From an uncultured delta proteobacterium (GTDB lineage: Bacteria > Myxococcota > Myxococcia > Myxococcales > Anaeromyxobacteraceae): 64,000 nt of DNA. The translations under genes and the position numbers were made by a program. Under the pieces are notes generated by a model, which was given only the letters and a program-made list of their open reading frames with translations, made no database searches and was not told the DNA's origin. This document shows, piece by piece, positions 24,042-35,900 of the stretch. Where the stretch lies: the NCBI GenBank assembly GCA_963766715.1, contig CAVYBH010000014.1, positions 1-64,000 of the forward strand. Direction: 5' to 3'. The first letter of the stretch is position 1. Every line of letters begins with the position of its first letter.

Positions 24042-24050
24042 GAGCGGGAT

Positions 24051-24602
24051 ATGAACGACCTCCTCGCGCTCCTCGCCGCCGCGCTCCTCGCCGCTCCCCC
24101 GGCGACGACGACCCCACCCGCGAGCGCCGAGGTCCGGGAACGGGTGGAGGAGCTGCTCGGGGCCATCGACACCCCGATCTCCGCGGAGCGGTGGAAGGCG
24201 CTGGGCCCGGACGCCGTGCCGGTCCTGGCCGAGATCGCCTCCTCCGGTGATCGCCGGCCGTCGGTCCGGTCGGGCGCCCTCTCGGCTCTCGCGGGGGCGG
24301 ATCGCGGGCAGGCGGAGAGCGTCGCCCGGGCGCTGGTCGACTCGCCCGACGCACCGCTCCCGGTCCGCCGCACCGCCGTCCGGACGCTGGGGCACGTCCT
24401 CGGCCCGGCCCGGCTTCGCGCGGCGCTGGCCCCGGTGCTTCGCGCCGCGCCGGTGGCGCTCCGCTCGGTCGCGGCCGAGACGCTCGCCCGTCACGCCGGC
24501 CAGGAGGCCTGCGCCGAGGTGATGGACCAGATCTCGCTCGAGGCCGCCGCCGAGCTTCCGCGCTTCCAGCAAGCGGCGGCGCTCTGCGCCGGACAGCGGT
24601 AG
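24051..24602 (+). CDS. Exported HEAT-repeat-like protein
   Basis: Signal-peptide-like N-terminus; repeated VR..A..AL helices. Confidence 0.6.
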   Translation: MNDLLALLAAALLAAPPATTTPPASAEVRERVEELLGAIDTPISAERWKALGPDAVPVLAEIASSGDRRPSVRSGALSALAGADRGQAESVARALVDSPDAPLPVRRTAVRTLGHVLGPARLRAALAPVLRAAPVALRSVAAETLARHAGQEACAEVMDQISLEAAAELPRFQQAAALCAGQR

Positions 24603-24648
24603 ACTCCGCCCGCGCGGCCCGGCCGGCGGCGCGGGGAGGTCCGAGACC

Positions 24649-25162
24649 GTGTCCGTGATGCTTGCCGCCGTCCTCCTCCTCGTGGCGGCGGCCCCACCGC
24701 TCCCGCACTCCTCCATCGCGGCGGTCCTCGCCCAGCGCGACCGGCTGGGCCTCACCCCGGCCCAGGTGCAGGACCTCGACCGGCGGGACGAGGCGCTCCA
24801 GCGCCGGCAGCGGGAGATCCGGGAGAGCTTCGGCGACCCGGGCCGGACGCCGGGGAAGCCGCCGCCGGCCTACGAGGGTCCCGCATTCGACGGGCGCGCC
24901 AGGTCCGGATTGCCCGACACCGTCCCCGGCGACACGGAGAGCGGTCGAAGGGGAAGCCAGCAGGCCCAGGGCGCCCCGGTTCCCGGCTCGACTCCCGAGA
25001 GCCCCAGGGCGCGGGCCGCCCGGCTGCAGGAGGAGCTGGATGCCGCCGATGCGCACGCCTGGCTGGACGCAGCGTCCAGGCTCCCGCCCGGAGCTCCAGG
25101 ACAAGGCCACGGCCGTCGCGGAGAAGTACCGCGAGGAGCTGGTCGAGCAGCGGGAGCGCTAG
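24649..25162 (+). CDS. Exported hypothetical protein, Spy/CpxP-like (frameshift near 25085)
   Basis: Signal peptide; RDRLGLTPAQVQDL (LTxxQ motif). Confidence 0.5.
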
Positions 25163-25226
25163 GAAGGAACGAGGCAGGGTGCGTCCCGCTCCGGTGACGG
25201 GACGGCACCCCCCTCGGGACCGCGCG

Positions 25227-26903
25227 CTACTTCTTCGCCCCCTGCGCGGGCGCCGGGGCGGGTACCGGCACGACCATCGCGAGGGGCGCCTTCTGCAGCG
25301 CCGCGGCCTTGAGCTCTGCCTGGCGGGACAGGTCGATCGACTCCGCCAGGATGCGCGCGTTCTCCTGCGGGGCGTGGAAGCCCATGGAGTTCTCGGCGGC
25401 CACGAAGTCGAGCCGCCACTGGGCCGCCCGCTGGAGGTTGCCGAGCTCGGTGAGGGCCGGGCTCTTCTCCACGTCGGCCCGCCACATCGCGAGCAGGTTC
25501 GCCTTGGTCTCCCCGGCGAGCATCTTCTCCTGCTCCTCCTTCGAGGCCTTCAGGAACGCCTCCTTCTTCTCGAGCGTCTCCTTCGCCTTCGCCACGGCGG
25601 CGGGGCGGTTCCGCTCGTCGTAGGGCTTCCGCACCGCCACGATGGCGTCGATCATGTTCACCGCGGCCGCGCCGGCCCGGCTCATGAGCGCGAAGTGCCG
25701 GTCCTGGATGGCGATGACCCGGGCCTTCAGCTCCTCGTCGTTGTACGGGTGGCAGGTGGCGCAGGAGCGGTTGGCCGAGAGCAACGGGCTGCGCACCCAG
25801 TGCTCCGACACCTTGAGCGCGCCCTCGCGCTTGTAGGGCATGTGGCAGTCGGCGCAGGCCACCCCGCTCTTCGCGTGGATGCCCTGGCTCCAGACCTCGA
25901 ACTCGGGGTGCTGGGCCTTGAGCAGCTCCATGCCGGTCTCGGCGTGGGTCCAGTCCTTGAAGCGGCTCCCCTTCACCTGCATGTTGTCGTACAGGTGCTC
26001 CATCTGCTGCACCTGGAGCCCCTCGGCCCAGGGGAAGAAGATGGTCATGCCCTTGCCGCAGTAGTACTCGACGTGGCACTGGCCGCACACGTACGAGCGC
26101 ATCTCCTGGCGGGTGCCGTCCTCGTTCGGATCGTACGGGGTCTTCTTGTCGCCGCGGCGCCACTTCTCGATGCTGGGCAGGTGGGGCACGTCGGCGCTCG
26201 ACGCGGCCAGCTTCTGGATGCCGGTGATGAAGGCCGGCCGGGTCACCCGCAGCTCCATGGTCTTGGGATCGTGGCAGTCGACGCAGGAGACCGGGTGGGC
26301 CTTGCCGCCGGTGGTCTGCTCGAGCAGCTTGTGCGCGTCCCAGTAGTTCATCTCGCTGACGAGCTGGAGCCCCTTCTGGATCTGCTCGGCCTCCGGCGCC
26401 TTGGGAAGCGCCTCCGCCCCCAGCTTCCGGTAGAGCGGCATGATCGAGGCGTGGCAGTGGAGGCAGTTGCCCGACTGCTTGTTCTCCGCGGGGACGTTCC
26501 GCTTCGTCTCCGCCTGGTCCTGCAGCATGAAGGCGTGGCCGCGGCGGTCGCGGTAGTCGATGGCGAAGAGGTAGCCCGAGAAGATGCGCGGCAGCCACGG
26601 GTCGCGCACCGACTTCTCCGGCGTGGTGCCCTCGGAGCTCCGCTGCCCGCCGCCGTACTTGGTGCTGGTGGGCTCGGAGGTGCGCTTGTAGCCGTCGTAC
26701 TCCCGCGGCCAGTTGACGCCCCACTTGGCCGGGTCGACGTCGTTCTCCGTCACCTCCACCAGCTTGACGAAGGTGCTCTTCGCCTCCTGCTTGCGCTGGA
26801 AGATGTTGACGAGCAGTGCCGTGGCGCCGGCCGTGACGAGCGCCACCACGGCTGCGATCCCGATGTACGCGCCGATGGGCCGGCGATTGCTGGTGTCGTT
26901 CAT
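25227..26903 (-). CDS. nrfA: Pentaheme ammonia-forming cytochrome c nitrite reductase
   Basis: DY...RGH; heme motifs CLHCH, CVDCH, CGQCH(VEYY), CADCH, CATCH; KAQHPEFE; AENSMGFHAP. Confidence 0.95.
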   Translation of the reverse strand: MNDTSNRRPIGAYIGIAAVVALVTAGATALLVNIFQRKQEAKSTFVKLVEVTENDVDPAKWGVNWPREYDGYKRTSEPTSTKYGGGQRSSEGTTPEKSVRDPWLPRIFSGYLFAIDYRDRRGHAFMLQDQAETKRNVPAENKQSGNCLHCHASIMPLYRKLGAEALPKAPEAEQIQKGLQLVSEMNYWDAHKLLEQTTGGKAHPVSCVDCHDPKTMELRVTRPAFITGIQKLAASSADVPHLPSIEKWRRGDKKTPYDPNEDGTRQEMRSYVCGQCHVEYYCGKGMTIFFPWAEGLQVQQMEHLYDNMQVKGSRFKDWTHAETGMELLKAQHPEFEVWSQGIHAKSGVACADCHMPYKREGALKVSEHWVRSPLLSANRSCATCHPYNDEELKARVIAIQDRHFALMSRAGAAAVNMIDAIVAVRKPYDERNRPAAVAKAKETLEKKEAFLKASKEEQEKMLAGETKANLLAMWRADVEKSPALTELGNLQRAAQWRLDFVAAENSMGFHAPQENARILAESIDLSRQAELKAAALQKAPLAMVVPVPAPAPAQGAKK

Positions 26904-26911
26904 GATTCCCC

Positions 26912-27411
26912 CTAGCTCGAGGCCCCGTGCCCCACCCCTCGGTGGCAGTGCACGCAGCGGATGGCGTCGTCGGACCACGTGCTGCCGCGGACGACCTCGT
27001 CGACGAGGTCGCCGTGGCAGCGCAGGCAGTTGTCCTGCAGGATCTGGCTGTTGGTCGGCTTGATGCGGATGGGCTCCACGAAGTGGAGCGTCTCGTCCGG
27101 GTTCCCGGTGCTGGACGGCTGCAGCGTGAAGCCCACCGAGTGGTGCCAGCCGTTCCGCCCCTTCGCCAGGTACTTCTCCGGGAAGGTCACGGGCAGGTGG
27201 CAGTCGTAGCAGGTGGCGGCGGCGTGGTGCGGCCCCGCCGCCACGAGTCGAACTGGTCGTTCATGATGTGGCAGTTGACGCAGGCCTTCGGATTGCTGCT
27301 CAGGTAGGAGAGCCCGGCGGCGTAGTCGAAGGTGAACCCGGCGACGCCGACCGCCATGCCCGTCAGGCTCGCGATGACCAGCCAACGCTTCGACCAGCGC
27401 TTGGTGCTCAA
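26912..27411 (-). CDS. nrfH: Tetraheme NrfH (NapC/NirT family) (frameshift near 27240)
   Basis: N-terminal TM; YLSSNPKACVNCHIM, CYDCH, CLRCH, CVHCH..VGH. Confidence 0.93.
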
Positions 27412-27552
27412 GACCCGCCCCCCTGGTGTCTCGCCTGCGCTCGAGGCTGCACGCCTGCTGCTCGCTTTCCGTTCATGCTGGTCCGATGTCGGTTCTGGGA
27501 CAATGCGTCATTCATGTTCCAGCCTTGGGGGGAACCGATCCGGGGCGGTCAC

Positions 27553-28872
27553 TCATTGCACCTGCAACCCGGACTCCAGGTCTTCCGCGATGTTGGGCGC
27601 GGCTTCCCGCGACATGCGCCGGACGACCACCTGCATCCAGACGAGGCAGGTGACCGACAGGGCGAAGAGGAACGCGAAGGTGGTGGTGGGCAGGTGGGTG
27701 GCCTGGGTCATGGCCCCGAAGAGGATGGGCATGACGAAGCCGCCGAGCCCGCCGATGACGCCCACGAGTCCGCCCACCGAGCCCACCTTGTCCGGGAAGT
27801 AGTGCGGGATGTGCTTGAAGACCGCCGCCTTGCCGATCCCCATGGCGAGGCCGAGCACGAAGACGAGGACCGTGAAGAGGGTCGGGGTCATCCGCAGCGA
27901 CAGGTGCGGCGCCTCGCCCGCGCCCACGTACTTGGCCGGCACGATGAAGCCCAGGTCGACGTCGGGGAACGAGAGCAGGAAGGTGGTCGCCACGCAGATC
28001 GGAGAGCACCCAGTACATCACCGTCCGTGCACCGTAGCGGTCGGAGAGCCAGCCGCCCGGCGCGCGGATGATGCCCGAGGGGAAGACGAAGATGGCGGCG
28101 AGCAGGGCCGCGTCCTTCGAGCGGAGAGGCCGAAGACGTCGATGTAGTACTTGGGCAGCCAGAGCGAGAGCGCCACGTAGCCGCCGAAGACCAGGAAGTA
28201 GTAGAGGCTGAAGCGCCACACCCGCACGTGCCGGAGCGGCGAGAGCAGCTGCGCAATCGTCTCCTGCTTGTGGTGCGAGTGGTCGGTGTAGGTGAAGGTC
28301 CAGTAGACGGCGGCCGTCACGAGCACCGCGATGGCGTAGACGAAGGGTACGAAGCGCCAGCCGCCCGGGATGAGCCCGAGCCCGCCCGCCGGCACCACCG
28401 TCATGAGCCCCGGGGCGAGCAGCTTGGTGAGCGACGCGCCGGTGTTCCCCGCTCCGAAGATGCCGAGCGCGGTGCCCTGCAGCCGCTGCGGGAACCAGGC
28501 CGAGGTGTAGGCGATGCCCACCGCGAAGGTGGTCCCGGCCAGGCCGATGAAGAGCCCCAGCACGAGGTACTGCCAGTACTGGGTGGCGAAGCAGAGCAGC
28601 AGGAGCGGGATCGCGCTCGAGGCGAGCAGCGCCGTGAAGATGGGGCGGCCGCCGATCCAGTCGGTGGCCATGCCGATGGGGAGCCGCAGGAGCGACCCGG
28701 TGAGGATGGGGAGCGCGACCAGCAGCGCGAACTCGGTCTCGCCGAGCGAGAGCTCCTTGCGGATGGCGATCCCGACGATGGCGAAGATCACCCACACGGC
28801 GAACATCACCGTGAACCCGAAGGTGTTCATCGCCAGCACGCTGTTGCGCTTCCACTTCTCCGAACGTTCCAT
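27553..28872 (-). CDS. narK: NarK-family nitrate/nitrite transporter (frameshifts near 28120 and 28000)
   Basis: GSLLRLPIG, GTALGIFGAGNTG, YFLVFGGYVAL, GIGKAAVFKHIPHYFP, GVIGGLGGF. Confidence 0.9.
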
Positions 28873-28883
28873 GTGCGCGCTCG

Positions 28884-30293
28884 CTAGCAGGGCATCTCGG
28901 CGCGACGGCGCGCGTAGAACCACCAGGTGATGAGGATGCAGCTCACGTACACGGCGATGAACCCCACGAAGGCCCAGGCGGGCGTGTGGGCCGCCTTCAT
29001 CGAGATGCCGTAGGCCCGCGGGACGAAGAAGGCGCCGTAGGCGGCCACGGCCGAGCTGAAGCCGATCACCGCCGCCGACTCCTTGGCCGCGTCCTTGCGC
29101 GCCTGGGCGAGCCCCGCCGCTCCCTGCCCCCCCACCAGCCGCTCGTGGAAGGTGAGGAACATCACCGGGATCATCCGGAAGGTGGAGCCGTTCCCGATGC
29201 CGGAGGTGAGGAACAGCAGCAGGAACATGGTGAGGAAGCCCGCGAAGCTCCCCTCGTGGAGCCCCTTGTGCTTGCTCCACTCGGGCAGGAACGCGATCAC
29301 CCCGCCGGCCGCCGCCGCCATGGCCACGAAGTTCCAGAGGGTGACCCGGGCGCCGCCCAGCTTGTCGGAGAGCCAGCCGCCCACGGGCCGGGCCAGCGCG
29401 CCCACCAGCGGGCCGAGGAAGGCGTACTTCACCGGGTCGACGCCGGGGAACTGGGCCTTGATGAGGAGCGGGAGCCCGGCCGAGAAGCCGATGAAGGAGC
29501 CGAAGGTGCCGGTGTAGAGCCAGCACATGATCCAGTTGTGCTTGCGCCGGAAGATGATCGCCTGGTCGCGGAAGGAGGCCTTCGCCGACGCGATGTCGTT
29601 CATCCCGAACCAGGCCGCCACCACGCAGAGGGCCACGAACGGCACCCAGATGAAGCCCGCGTTCTGCAGCCAGATCGTCTCTCCCCTGGGCGTCAGCTGC
29701 GGCGGGCCGCCCAGGGTCCCGAAGACGCCGGCCGTGATGACGAGCGGCACCACGAACTGCATGGTGGAGACGCCCAGGTTGCCGAGCCCGGCGTTCAGCC
29801 CCAGCGCCGTGCCCTTCTGCGCCTTGGGGAAGAAGAAGCTGATGTTCGCCATGCTGGAGGCGAAGTTGCCGCCGCCGAAGCCGCACAGGAGCGCCAGCCC
29901 CAGCATGGTGGTGTAGCTCGTGGTCGGGTCCTGCACGGCGAAGCCGATGCCCACCGCGGGGAGGAGCAGCGACGCCGTGGAGATGGCCGTCCACTTCCGC
30001 CCGCCGAAGATGGGCACCATGAACGAGTAGAAGATGCGCAAGGTCGCGCCGGAGAGGCCCGGGAGCGCGGCCAGCCAGAAGAGCTGGTCGGTGGTGAAGG
30101 CGAATCCCACCTCCGGCAGCCGCACCACCACCACGCTCCACACCATCCAGACCGCGAAGGAGAGCAGCAGCGAAGGGATGGAGATCCAGAGGTTCCGCCT
30201 GGCGATGGCGTGACCCTCGTTCTCCCAGAAGGTCTTGTCCTCCACGTCCCAGGGGTCGAGCACCCGGGAGAGCATCGAGAGCGCGGACATCAT
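28884..30293 (-). CDS. narK: NarK-family nitrate/nitrite transporter
   Basis: ARRNLWISIP, GFGGGNFASSMANISFFFPK, GNLGVS, TFGSFIGFSA, GNGSTFRMIP. Confidence 0.95.
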   Translation of the reverse strand: MMSALSMLSRVLDPWDVEDKTFWENEGHAIARRNLWISIPSLLLSFAVWMVWSVVVVRLPEVGFAFTTDQLFWLAALPGLSGATLRIFYSFMVPIFGGRKWTAISTASLLLPAVGIGFAVQDPTTSYTTMLGLALLCGFGGGNFASSMANISFFFPKAQKGTALGLNAGLGNLGVSTMQFVVPLVITAGVFGTLGGPPQLTPRGETIWLQNAGFIWVPFVALCVVAAWFGMNDIASAKASFRDQAIIFRRKHNWIMCWLYTGTFGSFIGFSAGLPLLIKAQFPGVDPVKYAFLGPLVGALARPVGGWLSDKLGGARVTLWNFVAMAAAAGGVIAFLPEWSKHKGLHEGSFAGFLTMFLLLFLTSGIGNGSTFRMIPVMFLTFHERLVGGQGAAGLAQARKDAAKESAAVIGFSSAVAAYGAFFVPRAYGISMKAAHTPAWAFVGFIAVYVSCILITWWFYARRRAEMPC

Positions 30294-30970
30294 CGCGAGC
30301 CTCCGTTCGACGCCGGGCGGGGGCGCCGCCAGATGACCACCTGCGGCAGCCGCCACAGGTACTCGATGGGCGCGACGAAGATGTGGGCGAGCCGGGTGTA
30401 GGGGACGAGCGCGAGCAGCACGAAGGCGTTCACCGCGTGGATCTTGAAGGCCGCGGGCAGGTTGGCCATCAGCTCCGGACGGGGCGTGAACCGGACGATC
30501 GAGCCCAGCCAGGGCGTGGCCACGTAGGTGAACCAGGCGTAGCCCCAGCGGGCCGTGACCGACGTGTAGACGCCGGTGGCGACCTGGACGAGCAGGAGAG
30601 CCATCACCGTCCAGTCGAGCCAGGTGGTCTCGCCGCGCAGGGTGAAGCGCCGGACGCCGAGCACGAGGAGCCCCCAGAGCGCGGTGATCCCCAGCGCGAG
30701 CCCGGTCACCTCGACGGCCAGCAGCCGGCCGGGGGCGGAGAGGGCGGCCTCCATCAGCCCGGGCAGGAAGATGGCGACCAGGTGGGCGAGCAGGATGAGC
30801 AGGATCGCGTAGTGCCAGGAGACCGAGCCCCAGTACTGCAGCCGGCTCTCCAGCATCTGCGAGGAGGACGTGGTCACGGTGTAGCGCAGGACCCGGAAGC
30901 GCCGGAGGAAGCCGACGACCGTCACGCCCAGCGCCACGTAGGGGAAGACTCCGAACAGGAAGGCGTCCAT
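30290..30970 (-). CDS. narI: Respiratory nitrate reductase gamma subunit (cytochrome b)
   Basis: FGVFPYVAL, SSQMLE, WHYAI..H, KIH, PYTRLAHIF..P.EYLWR.PQ. Confidence 0.93.
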   Translation of the reverse strand: MDAFLFGVFPYVALGVTVVGFLRRFRVLRYTVTTSSSQMLESRLQYWGSVSWHYAILLILLAHLVAIFLPGLMEAALSAPGRLLAVEVTGLALGITALWGLLVLGVRRFTLRGETTWLDWTVMALLLVQVATGVYTSVTARWGYAWFTYVATPWLGSIVRFTPRPELMANLPAAFKIHAVNAFVLLALVPYTRLAHIFVAPIEYLWRLPQVVIWRRPRPASNGGSR

Positions 30971-31488
30971 CACGCCACCTCCTCCCGCAGGGCGGCCAGC
31001 ACCGAGCGGTAGACGTTCTCCGGGTCGAGCGGCGCCGCGAGCATCTTGTCGAGCGCCGGGACGAGCGCGTCGTCGAGCAGCGCCTGCCGGCCCGGGCCCG
31101 CCGGCACCGCCGACAGGTAGCGCAGCACCACCGAGACGTGGTCGGGGAGCTCGCCGTCCGGGCGGCCGTCCAGGAAGCCGTCCTGCCGGTAGACGTCGGC
31201 GAGCTTCGCCATGAAGACGCCGCGCTTCGGGCCCTCCCCGCAGAGGTGGTGCCCCACGTAGGGGGCGCAGGCGGGGTCGAGGTCGAAGGTGGCCGAGTAG
31301 ACCTCCTCCAGCTCGTGGGGGCGGGCCCGCTCGGCCCGGGCGACGAACCGGGCCAGGTGATCGGCCGAGTCGCGGGCCAGCAGGAGCTCCCGGCAGCGCC
31401 GGGCGGCCGGGGCGGGGTCCTTCACGGGATACGAGAGCAGCTCGGCGAAGCTCTCGAAGACCTGCCGCTGCCGTTCCAGGTCGGTCAC
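30970..31488 (-). CDS. narJ: Nitrate reductase chaperone
   Basis: LLSYP, YSATFDL, GELPDH; located between narH and narI. Confidence 0.9.
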   Translation of the reverse strand: MTDLERQRQVFESFAELLSYPVKDPAPAARRCRELLLARDSADHLARFVARAERARPHELEEVYSATFDLDPACAPYVGHHLCGEGPKRGVFMAKLADVYRQDGFLDGRPDGELPDHVSVVLRYLSAVPAGPGRQALLDDALVPALDKMLAAPLDPENVYRSVLAALREEVA

Positions 31489-31491
31489 GGG

Positions 31492-32966
31492 TCACCTCCC
31501 CGGGGGCGGGCGCAGGTAGGCGAGGCCGGCCGCGTTCTGCCGCTGCGGCTCGACGGTGGGCTCGGTGAACCCCTCGCGCATCATGGGCGGGATGACGATC
31601 CGCTCGTCCATGCTGGCGAGCGAGGTCAGGCGGTAGATGTCGTCGGCCGCGGCCGGCGTGAGGCCGGCCTCGGCCATCGCGCCGGCGACAATCGACGCGG
31701 CCAGGTCGCCCACCTGCTTCGCGCGGCGGTGCAGCCGCACCGCCATGAGCTTGCGGTAGGCGTCCTTCACGAGCTCCTCGTTGCCCGCCGTGAAGAGCGA
31801 CGCCAGGTACTTGAGCGGGAGCCGCGCCTTCTCGAGCGAGGTGAAGAAGCTCGCCTCTCCCTCGGCCGCGTCCTGCGCCATGGCGGGGAGGAGCGGCGGC
31901 ACGTAGAAGAGCATCGGCAGCGTGCGGTACTCGGGGTGGAGCGGCAGCGCGATCTCCCACTCCTTCACGAAGCGGTACACCGGGGAGCGCCGGGCGCTCT
32001 CCATCACCGCGTCGGGCACGCCGTTCTGGCGGGCCGCGGCGACGACGGCCGGATCCCACGGGTCGAGGATGACGTCCCGCTGCGCGGCCACCAGCTCGAG
32101 GTCGGTCTTCCCGGCCGCCTGGGTGAGCCGGTCGGCGTCGTAGAGCAGCACGCCCAGGTAGCGGATGCGCCCCACGCAGGTGTGGAAGCAGGCCGGGGCC
32201 TCGCCGGCCTCGAGGCGCGGGTAGCAGAGGATGCACTTCTCCGACTTCCCGGTGGACCAGTTGAAGTAGATCTTCTTGTACGGGCAGGCCGACACGCACA
32301 TGCGCCAGCCGCGGCAGCGGTCCTGGTTCACGAGCACGATGCCGTCCTCGCCGCGCTTGTAGATGGCCCCCGACGGGCAGGCGGCGACGCAGGCGGCGTT
32401 CAGGCAGTGGTTGCAGATGCGCGGCAGGTAGAAGAAGACCATCCGCTCGATGCCCTGCAGCTCCTGGCGCTCCGCCTCCGAGAGCCCGGCCAGGTTGGGA
32501 TCCTGCGCGGCGTAGACCGGCGAGCCGGAGAGGTCGTCGTCCCAGTTCGGGCCGCTCCGGATCTCCATGGGCTTGCCGTCGAGCAGCGGAGATCGGGCGC
32601 GCCGTGGGCTGGTCGTTGCCGGCCGGCGGCGCTGAACAGGTTCCCGTAGTCGTAGGTGAAGGGCTCGTAGTAGTCGTCGAGCACCGGGAGCAGCGGGTTC
32701 GAGAAGATCCGCGAGAGGCTGGCGATCCGGCCGCCCTGGCGCAGCTTCACCCCGTCGCCGTCCCGCTTCCAGCCGCCCTTGTACTGCTCCTGGTCCTCCC
32801 AGGAGCTGGGGTAGCCGGTGCCGGGCTTGGTCTCGACGTTGTTCCACCACGCGTATTCCATGCCGCGGCGGTCGGTCCACTGGTTCTTGCAGGCGACGCT
32901 GCAGGTGTGGCAGCCGATGCACTTGTCCAGGTGGAACACCGTCGAGATCTGAGAGCGCACGTTCAT
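31492..32966 (-). CDS. narH: Respiratory nitrate reductase beta subunit (frameshifts near 32590-32630)
   Basis: [60 protein letters not shown]. Confidence 0.95.
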
Positions 32967-32979
32967 GGCGTGTCCCCGG

Positions 32980-35900
32980 TCAGTACTGCGGCGCGCCGGC
33001 CAGCTTGCGCACGCGGATGAAGGTGTCCCGGTTGTTCCCGGTGGGTCCCCAGTAGTTGAGGGCGAAGGTGAACTGGCCGTAGCCGCCCAGCATGAGCGTG
33101 GGCTTGAGCCGAACCCGCGTCAGGCTGTTGTGGCCGCCGGCCCGCTTGCCGCCGCGCTCCGGGCTCCTGGGCACGCCGATGGTCCGCTCCGGCGCGTGGT
33201 AGAGCAGGCACAGCCCGGCCGGGATGCGCGCCGAGACCACGCAGCGCACCACCACCACGCCGTGGTCGTTCCAGGCCTCGACCCAGTCGTTGTCCTGGAG
33301 CCCGATCCGCGCCGCGTCCTGGTCGTTCACCCAGAGCGGATGGGTGCCGCGGGAGAGCGACAGCATGCGGAGGTTGTCGCCGAAGGTGGAGTGGATGCCC
33401 CACTTCCCGTGCGGGGTCAGGTAGTTGAGCTGCAGGCTCTTCTCGGCGCTGCCCGACGACGTGAGGTCGCGGACGACGTCGGCCGACGGCTTGGGCTTGT
33501 AGGTGGGGAGCGACTCCCCGAAGGCGATGAAGCCGGGGTGGTCCAGGTAGAAGTGCTGCCGGCCGGTGAGCGTCCGCCAGGGGACGAGCCGCTCCACGTT
33601 CAGGCAGTAGGCCGAGTAGGTGCGGCCGTTTCCGGTGATGCCGGTCCAGCACGGCGAGTCGATGAGGCGCCGGGGCTGGCGGGCCAGGTCGGCGAAGGTG
33701 GTCCGGACGTTCCGGCTCCCGGCCACGAGGTCGGTGAGCGGCAGCCCGACCTTCTTCTCCTCGGCGGCGAAGGCGCGGAAGGCCGATTCGCCGTTCGTCT
33801 CCGGGGCGAGGTGCAGGATGACGTTGGCCGCGTCCTTGGCGTTCGCGATGGACGGGTAGCGGACGCCGCCCCATTCCTCCCGGGCCCTGTCGCGGACCAG
33901 CTCGTCGTAGAGGTCGTCCACCGGCCAGGTGATGCCGTGGGCGCCGATGCCCTGGGTGCGCACCACCGGCCCGAACGACTTGAACCTGTTGGCCAGGTTC
34001 ACGTAGTCGCGATCGACGTAGGAGAGGCCGGGCATGGTCTTCCCCGGCTCCGGCTCGCAGTCGCCCTCGGCCCAGTCGCGAAGCTCCCGCTGCGCCATCT
34101 CGGCGGGGGTGTCGTGCTGGAGCGGGCGGGTGACGATCTCCCGCACCGGGTCGGGCAGGTGCACCTGGGCGAGCTCGCTCACCTTCTCGGCGATGGCCTT
34201 GAAGATGTCCCAGTCGCTCCTCGACTCCCAGCAGGGCGGGACCGCCGCCTGCAGGGGGTGGATGAACGAGTGCATGTCGGTGGAGTTGAGGTCGTCCTTC
34301 TCGTACCAGGTGGCCGCGGGCAGGATGACGTCGGAGTAGAGCGCGGTCGTGTCCATCCGGAAGTTGAGGTCGACGACCAGGTCGAGCTTTCCCTTCGGGG
34401 CGGGCTCCCGCCAGGCCACGTCCTCCACCTCGCCCTTGGCCGTCTCCGGGGCCACCGTGTTCGAGTGGGTGCCCAGGTAGTGGCGCAGGAAGTACTCGTG
34501 CCCCTTGGCGGACGACATGAGGGCGTTGCCTCGCCAGATGAACCAGAGGCGCGGCCAGTTGGCCGGCGCGTCCGGGTCCTCCACCGAGAACTTGAGCTTC
34601 TTCTCCTTCAGCTGCGTCACCACCCAGGCGCTCACCTCGGCGTCGGTCTTCGCGCCGGCCGCCTTCGCGTCCTTCACCACCGCGACCGGCGTGCGGTCGA
34701 ACTGGGGGAAGAAGGGAAGCCAGCCCATGCGCACGGCGCGGGCCTGGTGATCCATGGTGTGGCGGGTGGCGAAGGCGCTCGGCCCGGGCAGCGGGTTCAG
34801 CTTCTCGTCCTCGCCGGCCCGCTCGTAGCGCCACTGGTCGGAGTGGACGTAGTGGAAGCTGGGCGCGTTCTGCAGCCGGGGCGGGCCGGCCCAGTCGAGC
34901 GCGAAGGCGAGCGCCGACCAGGGCGCCACCGGCGCGAGCTTCTCCTGCCCCACGTAGTGGTTGAGGCCGCCGCCGTTCTTGCCGATGCACCCGCAGAGGA
35001 CGAGGCCGGCGATGGCGGCGCGGTAGGCGTGGTCGGAGTGGTACCACTGGTTCACGCCGGCGCCGATGATGACCGAGCACTTGCCGCCGGTCTTCTCCGC
35101 GGTGGTGGCCCATTCGCGGGCGAAGCGGATCACCTCGGCGGCGGTGACGCCGGTGAAGGCCTCCTGCCAGGCGGGGGTGTAGGCCGCGCCGGCGTCGTCG
35201 TAGCTCGCCGGGTAGTCGCCGGGCAGGCCGCGGGAGACCCCGTACTGCGCGAAGAGCAGGTCGTAGACGGTGGCCACCTGCACCACGCCCTCGAGCGTCT
35301 CGACGGTGCGCACCGGCACGCCGCGCATCGCCACCTTGCCCGAGGCGTACTCGTCGAAGGCCACCTGGGCGACGTCGGGGGTGGCGTCGAGGAGCGTGGT
35401 CCGGGCGTCGATCTCGCGGCCGTCGACCCCGTCCTTCATCTCCAGGTTCCACTGCCCCTTCTCGTGCTGCCAGCGGAAGCCCAGCGTGCCGCGGGGCATG
35501 CGGGGCGCCCCGGCGGCGCCGTCCCAGACCAGGAACTTGAAGTCGCCGTTCTCGACGTCCTTCGTGCGGGCCAGCTGGCTCGCGCGCAGCATCCGGCCGG
35601 GGCGCAGCGCGCCGTCGCGCGTCTCCAGCTCCACCAGGAAGGGCGCGTCGCTGTAGCGGCGCACGTAGTCGAGGAAGTACGGGGTCTGCTTCTGGTGGTG
35701 GAACTCCTTCAGGATGACGTGGTCCACCGCCAGCCAGAAGGCGGCGTCCTGGCCGGCGTGGACGGGGATCCACTGGTCGGCGTACTTGGACGTCATGCTG
35801 AAGTCGGGGGAGAGCACCACCAGCTTCGCGCCGTCGTGCCGGGCCTCGGCGGCGAAGTGGACGTCGGGGGTGCGGGTCATCCCCAGGTTCGAGCCCATCG

